From contig CAZSWE010000001.1 in the NCBI GenBank assembly GCA_964610715.1, positions 1 to 42,979 on the forward strand: 42,979 nt of DNA. Reading direction: 5' to 3'. The notes under the pieces were generated by a model that had not been told where the DNA came from, searched no databases, and saw only the letters and a list, made by a program, of their open reading frames with translations. Shown piece by piece: positions 10,093-19,670 of the stretch (the stretch's first letter is position 1; each line of letters starts with the position of its first letter). This DNA comes from an uncultured Candidatus Planktophila sp. (GTDB taxonomy: Bacteria; Actinomycetota; Actinomycetes; Nanopelagicales; Nanopelagicaceae). Both the position numbers and the translations under genes were made by a program.

Positions 10093-11171
10093 TGCGCATC
10101 ATCGTCGCCGGCGGCGGTACAGCAGGACATATAGAACCTGCACTCGCTGTTGCGCGACGCTGGCAATTGGCCCATCCTGATTCGCAGATTACCTTTCTTG
10201 GTACAAAGGCAGGGCTAGAAACAACTCTTGTTCCGGCGGCCGGATTCGCACTTACTCTTATTCCTAAAGTTTCTGTGCCGCGTCGCATCTCACCTAAGTT
10301 ATTACTTCTGCCTTTCTCACTGCTTCGAGCGATTTCTCAATCCATGAAGGCGATAAAAGGTGTGGACCTGGTTATCGGATTTGGGGGATATGTATCAGCG
10401 CCTGCTTACCTTGCTGCAGCTCTAACTCGAACACCCTTCGTAATCCATGAAGCAAATGCCAGACCGGGTCTTGCCAACCGTTTAGGTGCGCTCTTTACTC
10501 GCTATACCGCCGTTGCTCATCCTGTGATGGGTGGATCTCTGAAGAAATCACTTCTTACTGGTCTACCGCTGAAAGAGAATATTGCTAGCGCACATGAGAG
10601 CGCTCAAAAAGATTGGCGCAGCGCGCGATTAGCAGCAAAGCGCGCACTTGGTTTTGAAGAACGAGCACCGTTGGTCTTTATTTTTGGAGGCTCACAGGGC
10701 TCGGTGGCGATAAATGAGGTCATTGCGCGCTCACAGCAGGCACTAACCTCTCAGGGCGTAAATATCCTTCATGGTGTTGGTGCACGTAGCGCGCTGCCAG
10801 AGTCGCACGATAGTTACCGAGCCGTTAGCTACATCTCCGATATGGCAACTGCATATTTGGCAGCAGATCTGATTATTGCAAGAAGTGGTGCAGTAACGTG
10901 TGCTGAAGTAAACACCTTAGGTAGATATGCGCTCTTTATTCCTCTTCCAATCGGTAACGGAGAACAAAATCTCAACGCCGCCTCGCTCATCTCACAAGGC
11001 CGAGCTGAAATTCTTCCGCAGGCACAATTCACTGCAGAGTGGATAGTTGCGAATCTCAGTCGTCTACTTGCACTCAGCAGCGCTGCTCCAATCTCGGGTT
11101 CAACTATCGATATTGAAGCAACAACTAAGATTGTGGCGTTGATGGATTACGCGCTCTCTGGGGGTAAGTAA
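10089..11171 (+). CDS. murG: Lipid II GlcNAc transferase MurG
   Basis: GGGTAGHI, GFGGYVS, HEANARPGLAN and GGSQGS motifs. Confidence 0.96.
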   Translation: MMRIIVAGGGTAGHIEPALAVARRWQLAHPDSQITFLGTKAGLETTLVPAAGFALTLIPKVSVPRRISPKLLLLPFSLLRAISQSMKAIKGVDLVIGFGGYVSAPAYLAAALTRTPFVIHEANARPGLANRLGALFTRYTAVAHPVMGGSLKKSLLTGLPLKENIASAHESAQKDWRSARLAAKRALGFEERAPLVFIFGGSQGSVAINEVIARSQQALTSQGVNILHGVGARSALPESHDSYRAVSYISDMATAYLAADLIIARSGAVTCAEVNTLGRYALFIPLPIGNGEQNLNAASLISQGRAEILPQAQFTAEWIVANLSRLLALSSAAPISGSTIDIEATTKIVALMDYALSGGK

Positions 11172-12545
11172 GTGCAGACGCTGCAAGGCAAGAAGATTCA
11201 CTTCATCGGTATCGGTGGATCAGGCATGAGCGGCCTCGCGCGTATTGCGCTCTCTGATGGAATTAGCGTGAGCGGTTCTGATGCAAAAGATTCATCAGTG
11301 CTGACCGCCTTGACTGCACTTGGTGCCAAAGTGTCAGCAACGCACGAGGCGGCAAATGTAGAAGGTGCAGATGTCGTTATCTACTCAACTGCCATCGCTG
11401 CAACTAATCCAGAGCTGGCATATGCAGTCGAACGCTCGATACCTATTCTCACTCGCGCACAGGCGCTGGCACTTCTCATGAAAGGCTCTCGCAGCATTGC
11501 TGTTGCTGGAACTCACGGCAAGACAACCACTTCTTCAATGATGACTGTGGCGCTGCAAGCATGTGGGGCAGACCCATCCTTTGCAATTGGTGGAACGCTG
11601 ACTGCTTCAGGCTCTAACGCCCATCGCGGCTCTGGAGATTTCTTTGTGGCAGAGGCAGATGAATCTGATGGTTCATTCGTTGAGTACCAACCACTCGCTG
11701 CAATCGTCACCAATATTGAGCATGATCACGTTGATTTCTTCCATACCCCGGAGGCAGTGACCGAAGTCTTTGACTCCTTTGCAGCAACAATCTCGCCGGA
11801 CGGTTTCTTGGTCTATTGCGCCGACGATGCTGGCTCAAAGCGACTCGGTGAATCGCTCCTTGCCTGCACACCTATCTCTTATGGAACTTCTGAGGGCGTT
11901 GATCTTGCCCTCGATCAGATAGCTCTTAAAGCGATGGGATCAACTGCGCGCGTAATGTGGAAGGGCAGAGCTGTTGGCACCCTTGAGCTCCAAGTACCCG
12001 GTCACCACAATCTGCTCAATGCAGCTGGATGTCTTGCGATGGGTATGGCGCTGCAGCTACCTGCGAGCCAACTATTAGATGGTCTCCACAACTTTCGCGG
12101 CGCCGGGCGACGCTTTGAAATCAAAGCTACCGAACATGGAATTCGAATCATCGATGACTACGGCCATCATCCGACAGAGATACGAGTGACTCTAGAAGCA
12201 GCTCGTCGTTATGCCGGCGATGGTCGCGTCTTGGTGATCTTCCAGCCTCATCGATACTCACGCACCCAGGCGTTCCTCGATGGGTTCGCAACATCTTTAG
12301 ATTTGGCCGATGATGTCACTCTCTTAGAAATCTATGCTGCAAGTGAGAAGCCGATTCATGGCGTCACATCTGAATTGATTGCCGCCAAGATGGAACGCGG
12401 ACACTATCTTCCTAATTTTGTTCAGGCCTCTGATCGAATTATCGAAATGGCGCAACCGGGAGATGTGATTATTACCCTCGGCGCAGGAGATGTAAATTCA
12501 CTTGCTCCGATTATTGCTGAAGGGTTGCAACGTCGCTTTGCGTAA
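11172..12545 (+). CDS. murC: UDP-MurNAc:L-Ala ligase MurC
   Basis: HFIGIGGSGMS, AGTHGKTTT, EADESDGSF and DDYGHHPTE motifs. Confidence 0.97.
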   Translation: MQTLQGKKIHFIGIGGSGMSGLARIALSDGISVSGSDAKDSSVLTALTALGAKVSATHEAANVEGADVVIYSTAIAATNPELAYAVERSIPILTRAQALALLMKGSRSIAVAGTHGKTTTSSMMTVALQACGADPSFAIGGTLTASGSNAHRGSGDFFVAEADESDGSFVEYQPLAAIVTNIEHDHVDFFHTPEAVTEVFDSFAATISPDGFLVYCADDAGSKRLGESLLACTPISYGTSEGVDLALDQIALKAMGSTARVMWKGRAVGTLELQVPGHHNLLNAAGCLAMGMALQLPASQLLDGLHNFRGAGRRFEIKATEHGIRIIDDYGHHPTEIRVTLEAARRYAGDGRVLVIFQPHRYSRTQAFLDGFATSLDLADDVTLLEIYAASEKPIHGVTSELIAAKMERGHYLPNFVQASDRIIEMAQPGDVIITLGAGDVNSLAPIIAEGLQRRFA

Positions 12546-13209
12546 AGTCAGTAAGTTCCCCATTGTCATCGCTCTTGTAGTGGGGCTCTTCGCGGGCCTT
12601 ACCTATCTGCTGGCATGGTCAAATATCTTTACCGTTTCATCTATCGCAATCGAAGGCGCTCCGACTGCTGCAAGTAAAGAGACTATTTCGAAGGTGGCCG
12701 ATCTACGTACTGGAGATAAGTTGGCTCGCGTTGAACCTCGTGCCATTTCTCATCGAATTTCAGATATTGATTGGGTTGAAAGTGCAGAGATATCTCGCAA
12801 TTGGATTACCGGCGAAGTATTGGTTGTCATCACGCCTCGAACACCAACGGCCTACTTCAATAACCAGGTCTTGGATGCATCTGGAAAGGTCTTCGTACTG
12901 CCCGGCTTTAACGGAGCCGAGCTACCTCGGGTCTCAGCCTCGACCCCAGAATTAGGGCTGGTTGCCATTGATCTCTTTCAAAACCTTCCAGAGTCAATCA
13001 GAGCAGATGTTCTTAGCCTTGCTGCCTACAACGAATCGAACTTCTCGTTGAAAGTTCTGCGTGAGCAGAGGCAGTTGCAGATCCTCTGGGGACCAAATAA
13101 AGAGAATGAATTGAAATCACAAGTAATTGATGCACTTTTAGCGCTACCTGAAAATAAAAATATTCGACGCATTGATGTCAGCGCACCACATGCACCACTC
13201 GTCAAATAG
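12538..13209 (+). CDS. ftsQ: Cell division protein FtsQ/DivIB
   Basis: One TM, a POTRA-like segment and C-terminal IDVSAP, between murC and ftsZ. Start uncertain: TTG12538 preferred over TTG12502 for the smaller overlap and the upstream GAAGGG. Confidence 0.88.
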   Translation: MRKVSKFPIVIALVVGLFAGLTYLLAWSNIFTVSSIAIEGAPTAASKETISKVADLRTGDKLARVEPRAISHRISDIDWVESAEISRNWITGEVLVVITPRTPTAYFNNQVLDASGKVFVLPGFNGAELPRVSASTPELGLVAIDLFQNLPESIRADVLSLAAYNESNFSLKVLREQRQLQILWGPNKENELKSQVIDALLALPENKNIRRIDVSAPHAPLVK

Positions 13210-13235
13210 CTCTGGTAACGATAAAAAATTAGTTC

Positions 13236-13259
13236 GTGGCGGTCTTTGATTACCGCCAC
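13236..13259 (+). other. Intergenic hairpin between ftsQ and ftsZ
   Basis: GTGGCGGT (13236-13243) and ACCGCCAC (13252-13259) form a perfect 8-bp inverted repeat. No U-tract on the + strand. Confidence 0.5.
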
Positions 13260-13341
13260 TAATACGCATACGTTGCCGCCATTAGAGAGAGTAGAAATGT
13301 AATTCTCAAGTTGAGGTTTACAGTTCTAAAGGGGGACTCAC

Positions 13342-14472
13342 GTGGCTGCACCACAGAATTACTTAGCTGTCATCAAGGTTGTTGGAATCGGCGGCGGCGG
13401 AGTAAATGCAATCAATCGCATGATTGACGTCGGTCTCAAGGGCGTTGAGTTCATCGCTATCAATACAGATGCACAACACTTATTGATGAGTGATGCAGAT
13501 GTGAAATTAGATATTGGTCGCGCATCTACAAAAGGTTTAGGTGCAGGCGCTGCTCCTGAAAAGGGAAGACAAGCTGCTATCGATCACACCGAAGAGATTG
13601 AAGAAATTCTTCGTGGCGCAGATATGGTCTTTGTAACTGCAGGAGAAGGTGGCGGCACTGGTACAGGTGGCGCTCCAATCGTTGCAAAGATTGCACGTGA
13701 TCTTGGTGCACTTACTATCGGCGTTGTCACTAAACCATTCTCTTTCGAAGGCAAGATTCGTACTCGTCAAGCAGATGAAGGAATCGAACTTCTTCGCGAG
13801 CAGGTTGACACACTTATTGTTATTCCAAATGATCGACTCCTTGCAATCTCAGATCGCGCAATTACTGCAGTTGATGCATTTAAGAGTGCGGATCAAGTTC
13901 TCTTGTCAGGCGTTCAAGGTATTACCGAAATTATTACGCAACCAGGACTTATCAATCTCGACTTTGCCGATGTAAAGACTGTCATGACAGATGCAGGTTC
14001 TGCTCTGATGGGAATTGGTTCTGCACGAGGAGAAAATCGCGCAACACGAGCTGCAGAGCTAGCAATCTCTAGCCCACTCCTTGAAGCATCTATCGATGGA
14101 GCTATGGGAGTTCTTCTCTCTGTTGCAGGAGGTTCAGATCTTGGACTCTTTGAAATTAACGAAGCCTGTGAGCTAGTCCAGGCGGCTGCTCACCCTGATG
14201 CTCGCATCATCTTCGGTACAACTATCGATGATGCTCTTGGCGATGAAGTTCGTATCACCGTGATCGCAGCTGGCTTTGCAGGTGGAGAACCTAAGAAGGT
14301 TGATATGCCAGTTATTAATGCCAGCACGCTAGGTGGCATCGCTAATCCAATTCCAGCTAATGACCCACTCTCTGTAGCCCTTGATCTTGATTCAAGCGCT
14401 CCACGCAAGCGCGTGACCTTTGAAGATTTGGTGTCAGAAGATGAAATTGATGTTCCAGACTTTATGAAGTAA
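13342..14472 (+). CDS. ftsZ: Cell division protein FtsZ
   Basis: GGGGVNA, GGGTGTG, INLDFAD and C-terminal [16 protein letters not shown] before the GTG. Confidence 0.99.
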   Translation: MAAPQNYLAVIKVVGIGGGGVNAINRMIDVGLKGVEFIAINTDAQHLLMSDADVKLDIGRASTKGLGAGAAPEKGRQAAIDHTEEIEEILRGADMVFVTAGEGGGTGTGGAPIVAKIARDLGALTIGVVTKPFSFEGKIRTRQADEGIELLREQVDTLIVIPNDRLLAISDRAITAVDAFKSADQVLLSGVQGITEIITQPGLINLDFADVKTVMTDAGSALMGIGSARGENRATRAAELAISSPLLEASIDGAMGVLLSVAGGSDLGLFEINEACELVQAAAHPDARIIFGTTIDDALGDEVRITVIAAGFAGGEPKKVDMPVINASTLGGIANPIPANDPLSVALDLDSSAPRKRVTFEDLVSEDEIDVPDFMK

Positions 14473-15135
14473 ATGGGGTATCGATTTACCAATCGCACCG
14501 GTGGAGTTAGCACCGGTGCGTTTTCGTCTCTCAACCTAGCTCTTCATGTCGGAGATGAACCGGCGTTAGTGCTTGAAAATAGAAGAGTTCTCGGCCAAGA
14601 AATTGGTGAACATCAATACATGGATCAAGTTCACGGAAATCGTGTTGTCATTGTTGAGGCAGTTTCAGATGAGCCCCCAACAGCAGATGCGTTGGTGACC
14701 GGTATTCCCGGAGTCGCACTCGCTGTCATGGTCGCGGATTGCATCCCGCTCCTTCTTACCTCCAAAGTTGCCGTGGCTGCAGTACATGTAGGACGCAAAG
14801 GTTTGATGAACTCGGTGGCACTGGGCGCAATTGCAGCAATGCGCGAGATTGGTTCAACTCAAATTTCTGCCGTAATCGGGCCATCCATCTGTGGTCGCTG
14901 CTACGAAGTCTCACAAGAGATTTTTGATGAAGTAACGGCAGTACATCCTGCGGCGGCTGCGACGACTCTAACGGGGACGCCTTCTCTCGACCTTCCGGCC
15001 GCCTTAGAAAAAGTTCTACTCGCTGAAGGCGTCTCTATCTCCTTTGATAGAGGGTGCACAGTTGAAGACCCTGCGCTTTTTTCTTATCGCCGAGATGGCG
15101 TTACCGGGCGACAAGCTGGGATTGTGTGGCTATGA
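14473..15135 (+). CDS. pgeF: Peptidoglycan editing factor PgeF (YfiH/YlmD family)
   Basis: GGVS...SLNLALHVGD, QVHG, ADCIP, GPSICGRCYEV and FSYRR motifs; follows ftsZ. Confidence 0.92.
   Translation: MGYRFTNRTGGVSTGAFSSLNLALHVGDEPALVLENRRVLGQEIGEHQYMDQVHGNRVVIVEAVSDEPPTADALVTGIPGVALAVMVADCIPLLLTSKVAVAAVHVGRKGLMNSVALGAIAAMREIGSTQISAVIGPSICGRCYEVSQEIFDEVTAVHPAAAATTLTGTPSLDLPAALEKVLLAEGVSISFDRGCTVEDPALFSYRRDGVTGRQAGIVWL
14494..14524 (+). terminator. Intrinsic-terminator-like hairpin inside the pgeF 5' end
   Basis: CGCACCGGTG (14494-14503)/CACCGGTGCG (14511-14520) perfect 10-bp stem, 7-nt loop, followed by TTTT. Confidence 0.5.
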
Positions 15136-15776
15136 ACCGCCGCGAAGAACTTGCTGCCAACTTGGCTTCAGTTCAAGAGCGCATCACTAGATCCGATGTC
15201 ACTCTTATTGTCGTAACGAAGACCTATCCAGTCAGTGATGTACAAGTCTTGAAAGAGTTGGGCGTTGAAAATTTCGGTGAGAATAGAACTGAAGAGGGTG
15301 AAGTTAAAGCTGTAGCAGTTCCAGCCACCTGGCATTTTCAAGGTGGAATTCAGAGTCGAAAGATAAAAGATATTGTGCAGTGGGCTGATGTGATTCACTC
15401 ACTTGATAGCACTGAGCACGCACTCAAAATAGGTCAGCGAGCGGTCCGGCCAATCGATGTTTTTCTACAACTCTCACTCGATGGCGACCCAGAAAGAGGG
15501 GGAGTAGTTGAGTCAGAGTTAGCTGCTCTGGCTGAGGTCGTAGTTGCTACGCCCAATCTCACACTTGCAGGATTGATGTGCGTCCCACCTGTCAGCGCCA
15601 TTGCTGCCGATGCTTTTTCGCAGATTTATAGCGTCCATCAACGTTTCCTTAGAGATTTTCCCAATGCACAATCGCTCTCGACGGGAATGTCAGGAGACTT
15701 TGAAGTGGCTATCGACCATGGTGCGACACATATTCGGGTAGGTAGTTCAATCCTCGGCTCACGTACCTACCGCTAG
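15132..15776 (+). CDS. yggS: PLP homeostasis protein YggS (YlmE)
   Basis: VVTKT (PLP lysine), FGEN, LSTGMSGDFE and RVGSSILG motifs. ATG15132 overlaps the pgeF stop. Confidence 0.95.
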   Translation: MNRREELAANLASVQERITRSDVTLIVVTKTYPVSDVQVLKELGVENFGENRTEEGEVKAVAVPATWHFQGGIQSRKIKDIVQWADVIHSLDSTEHALKIGQRAVRPIDVFLQLSLDGDPERGGVVESELAALAEVVVATPNLTLAGLMCVPPVSAIAADAFSQIYSVHQRFLRDFPNAQSLSTGMSGDFEVAIDHGATHIRVGSSILGSRTYR

Positions 15777-15789
15777 TAACCTATTCCTT

Positions 15790-16260
15790 ATGTCAGCACT
15801 CAATAAAATGATGGGCTTCTTGGGCCTCGTCGATACCGATGAAGAGACCGCAGCGGCGCAAGCGCCAGCACGTACTGCAGTCGCGCGCCCTACTCGTGAT
15901 CGCACTGGAGTAACCGTTCTCGGTTCACATTCAACGCCAGTAACAGCTGCCTCAACACAACCTGCACTTATCGAAGATTCATCTTCTTACAACATCATCA
16001 CCTTGCAGCCGCGTTCTTACTCCGAAGCGCGCAAAGTTGGCGAGTACTACCGTGAAGGCAATCCAGTCATCATTAACCTTGATGATATGGAAGAAGGAGA
16101 GCGTAAGCGCCTCGTTGACTTCTCAAGTGGACTTGTATTTGGTCTACATGGACGTATCGAACGTATCAGCCTCAAGGTCTTTTTACTCTCGCCAGCTAAT
16201 GTAAATGTAAGCAATGAAGATAAGACCGCTGCTCAAGCATCTTTCTTTAATCAGAGCTGA
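15790..16260 (+). CDS. sepF: Cell division protein SepF
   Basis: N-terminal amphipathic MMGFLGL, PRSYSEA, RLVDFSSGLVFGLHG and FLLSP motifs. Confidence 0.95.
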   Translation: MSALNKMMGFLGLVDTDEETAAAQAPARTAVARPTRDRTGVTVLGSHSTPVTAASTQPALIEDSSSYNIITLQPRSYSEARKVGEYYREGNPVIINLDDMEEGERKRLVDFSSGLVFGLHGRIERISLKVFLLSPANVNVSNEDKTAAQASFFNQS

Positions 16261-16268
16261 TTATTTAA

Positions 16269-16550
16269 ATGCTTGAATCAGTCCTCGTCCAACTTATTGG
16301 ACTCTTCAAACTCGCGCTCTTTGCTCGCATCATCATCGACTATGTGCGAATGTTTGCCCGCAACTGGCGCCCAAATTCATTCCTGCTCGCCATCTTTGAA
16401 ATTGTCTACTCAATCACTGATCGACCAATGAGATACGTTCAGCGCTTTGTACCACCCCTACGTATTGGTGGCGTTGCGCTAGATCTCTCATTTATCGTTC
16501 TCTTGATTGCCGCAAATATTGCTCAAGCTGCAATCCGCATCGTCCTCTAA
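16269..16550 (+). CDS. yggT: YggT/YlmG (SepG) family membrane protein
   Basis: Two hydrophobic segments with TDRP...PPLRIGGVALDLS; follows sepF. Confidence 0.92.
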   Translation: MLESVLVQLIGLFKLALFARIIIDYVRMFARNWRPNSFLLAIFEIVYSITDRPMRYVQRFVPPLRIGGVALDLSFIVLLIAANIAQAAIRIVL

Positions 16551-16551
16551 C

Positions 16552-19500
16552 TTACTTCTTTAGAGATACACCAACGCTAAATTCGTTATCTTCTTGTGCC
16601 ACAGTGATGTCGTACTCGAAAGAGATAGCAAGTACCTCATCTGAGATGTGCGCAGCTGCGCTACGGATGGTCTCCTGCAACTCAGAAGGTGCGTTCCAAC
16701 GCACATGAATTCGGTCTGAAATCTCAAAGCCATCGCTCTTACGTCGCTCTTGAATTAAGCGTATGACTTCGCGGATATTTCCTGCCGCGATAAGTTCTGG
16801 AGTCAGAGCTAAATCAAGAGCCACGCTCTCACCGTCGTGGCTGGCAACCATCCAACCTGACTTAGGAACTTCCGTGACGACGAGATCATCTAGCTCGATT
16901 TCAAAAGCGCCCAAAGTGGCAGTACCGCTAGCGCGCAACCCCTTCACAAGCGCTGTTGGTTCAGCTGCTGCAATCAGCTTTGCAACATCCTGAACAGCCT
17001 TTCCATATTTTGCGCCGAGTGATTTGAAGTTAGCCTTCACGGAGACATCAACAAGATCACCATCTGCGCTTGCAATATCTTGCAAATCAGCGACGTTGAG
17101 CTCATCAGAAATCTGCGCCTTCATATCTTCGGGTAACTGTGACCAACCTTGAGCTGAAATCAGAGCACGTTGTAGCGGCTGGCGAATCTTGATGGCAGAT
17201 TCTGCGCGAGCAGCTCTTCCTAACTCAACAACGCGACGGGTCATTGCTACCTGCTTATTCAGCGTTGGATCAATGAGTGCGCTATTGGCAACTGGGAAAT
17301 CAGTCAGATGAACTGATGCTGTTGCCTGCTTATCTGCCGGACGTACCAAGACCTGCCAGGTATGTTCTGCAATAAAGGGAACCATCGGTGCAAGTAGCTG
17401 TGTCAAGGTTACGAGACATTCATGCAAGGTAGCCAAGGCTGCTGCATCTGCATCCCAGAAGCGGCGACGAGATCTGCGTACATACCAGTTAGAGAGATCA
17501 TCAATAAATTTAGCTAACTCTCTCCCTGCAGTCTGTGAGTCAAAGTCCGCATAAGCCTGATCGACTGTAGTGATTAGAGAGTTAAGCTCGCTCAAAATCC
17601 AGCGATCCATAATTGTGCGATCGGCGATTGCTGGGCTCTGCGACAAATCGAACTCTGAGGCCTCTGCATAGAGCGCATGGAAAGAGATGGTGTTCCAATA
17701 GGTAAGTAAAGTCTTTCGGACAACATCAGAGATTGCATCATGGCCAACGCGGCGGGCAGACCAAGGCGAACCCGCAGCCAACATGTACCAACGGACTGCA
17801 TCAGCGCCATGTTGATCCATCAGCGACATTGGCTCAAGAACATTGCCTAGGTGCTTACTCATTTTGCGACCATCTTTATCGAGGATATGCCCGAGACAGA
17901 GAACGCTCTTATATGAACTCTTATCAAAGACGAGAGTTCCAATAGTCATCAGGGTGTAAAACCAACCGCGGGTCTGATCAATAGCCTCGCAGATAAAGTC
18001 AGCAGGGTAGGCAGCCTTAAATTTTTCAACCGAACCTGGTTTATGCGGATAGCCCCATTGCGCGAAAGGCATCGCACCTGAGTCATACCAGCAGTCAATC
18101 ACTTCAGGAACGCGCACCATTGTTTGTGAGCACTCTGCGCAGGCAAAGGTGACGTCATCGACAAATGGGCGATGTGGATCAAGGTTACTTAACTCTTGGC
18201 CAGCAAGAGCCCCTAGCTCTTTAAGTGAATCAACGCAGACTTCATGTTTATTCTCGCAACGCCAGATTGGTAGTGGTGTTCCCCAGAATCTATTGCGCGA
18301 TAGCGCCCAGTCGATATTGTTATTGAGCCAATCGCCATAACGTCCTGTTTTGATTGTTTCAGGGTGCCAATCAGTTGCTTGATTTTCGCGGATGAGTTCA
18401 TCCTTGATTGATGTAGTTCGGATATACCAAGATGGTTGTGCGTAATAGATCAGCGCTGTGTGGCATCTCCAGCAATGTGGATATGGGTGCTCATAGGGAA
18501 CATGCTTATACAGCGCACCTGATGCCTTGAGCTCTTTCACAAGTGGTTTATCGGCATCTTTAAAGAAGATTCCACCAACTACTGGTACATCTGCCAAGAA
18601 TTTTCCATCGGGAGCGATTGGATTGACGACAGGTAAGCCATATGCGCGACAGACCTGTAAATCGTCAGCGCCGAATGCGGGGGATTGGTGGACCAAACCT
18701 GTTCCATCTTCAGTGGTCACATATGTTGCAAGTACAACAAAGTGCGAATCTGGAATCTCGATGTAATCAAATGGACGCTTATAAGTAGTGCGCTCTAACT
18801 CGCTACCTTTGAGAGTCTTGAGAATCGTGTGTTCTCCTGCCACAGCGGAGAGAAGTGGTTCTGCCACCACAAGAACTTCAGAGCTATCGTCGACGACAGT
18901 CTTCACGACTACGTAATCAACATCTGGATGGGCGGCGATTGCTGTATTGGAAACTAGCGTCCAGGGAGTTGTTGTCCAAACGAGAAGGGAGGCACCCATT
19001 TCGGCGAACTCACCTGATGTAATGGGAAAGCGGACATAGACAGATGGATCAACAACAGTCTCGTACCCTTGTGCTAATTCGTGATCGGATAACCCAGTTC
19101 CACAACGCGGGCAATATGGTGCAACGCGATGGTCTTGAACTAGTAACCCTTTCTTCCAAATCTCTTTAAGGCTCCACCAAACGCTCTCAACATATTCAGG
19201 GGCCATCGTCCAGTAAGCCTGATCAAAATCAACCCAGAAACCCATTCGCTCAGTCATGGCGGTGAAGGCATCTACATGTCGGGTAACTGATTCACGACAT
19301 TTATCGTTAAAGGCTGCGATTCCATATTTTTCGATATCGCCCTTACCTGCAAATCCCAACTCTTTCTCAACTGCAATCTCAACTGGTAGACCGTGGCAAT
19401 CCCAGCCGGCTTTACGAGTGACGTACTTACCCTTCATCGTTTGATAGCGCGGAAAGACATCTTTAAATACACGCGCTTCAATATGGTGAGTACCCGGCAT

Positions 19501-19665
19501 ACCGTTAGCTGTTGGAGGGCCTTCGTAAAAAGTCCAGGGAATTCCGGCAGCACGTGATTGTGTACTCTCTTCAAAGATTTGATTCTCACGCCAAAAATCT
19601 AGGATTGATCGCTCCATCGCGGGCAGGTCGATCTGTGCGCTAATGGCGCGAAATGGTGATGGCAT
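16552..19665 (-). CDS. ileS: Isoleucine--tRNA ligase, type 2
   Basis: YEGPPTANG, GWDCHGLP, WTTTPWT, DWALSRNRFWGTP and KMSKH motifs. Start at ATG 19665 (SD GGGGGA); the extension to 19710 lies in the T-box. Confidence 0.97.
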   Translation of the reverse strand: MPSPFRAISAQIDLPAMERSILDFWRENQIFEESTQSRAAGIPWTFYEGPPTANGMPGTHHIEARVFKDVFPRYQTMKGKYVTRKAGWDCHGLPVEIAVEKELGFAGKGDIEKYGIAAFNDKCRESVTRHVDAFTAMTERMGFWVDFDQAYWTMAPEYVESVWWSLKEIWKKGLLVQDHRVAPYCPRCGTGLSDHELAQGYETVVDPSVYVRFPITSGEFAEMGASLLVWTTTPWTLVSNTAIAAHPDVDYVVVKTVVDDSSEVLVVAEPLLSAVAGEHTILKTLKGSELERTTYKRPFDYIEIPDSHFVVLATYVTTEDGTGLVHQSPAFGADDLQVCRAYGLPVVNPIAPDGKFLADVPVVGGIFFKDADKPLVKELKASGALYKHVPYEHPYPHCWRCHTALIYYAQPSWYIRTTSIKDELIRENQATDWHPETIKTGRYGDWLNNNIDWALSRNRFWGTPLPIWRCENKHEVCVDSLKELGALAGQELSNLDPHRPFVDDVTFACAECSQTMVRVPEVIDCWYDSGAMPFAQWGYPHKPGSVEKFKAAYPADFICEAIDQTRGWFYTLMTIGTLVFDKSSYKSVLCLGHILDKDGRKMSKHLGNVLEPMSLMDQHGADAVRWYMLAAGSPWSARRVGHDAISDVVRKTLLTYWNTISFHALYAEASEFDLSQSPAIADRTIMDRWILSELNSLITTVDQAYADFDSQTAGRELAKFIDDLSNWYVRRSRRRFWDADAAALATLHECLVTLTQLLAPMVPFIAEHTWQVLVRPADKQATASVHLTDFPVANSALIDPTLNKQVAMTRRVVELGRAARAESAIKIRQPLQRALISAQGWSQLPEDMKAQISDELNVADLQDIASADGDLVDVSVKANFKSLGAKYGKAVQDVAKLIAAAEPTALVKGLRASGTATLGAFEIELDDLVVTEVPKSGWMVASHDGESVALDLALTPELIAAGNIREVIRLIQERRKSDGFEISDRIHVRWNAPSELQETIRSAAAHISDEVLAISFEYDITVAQEDNEFSVGVSLKK

Positions 19666-19670
19666 AAAAA

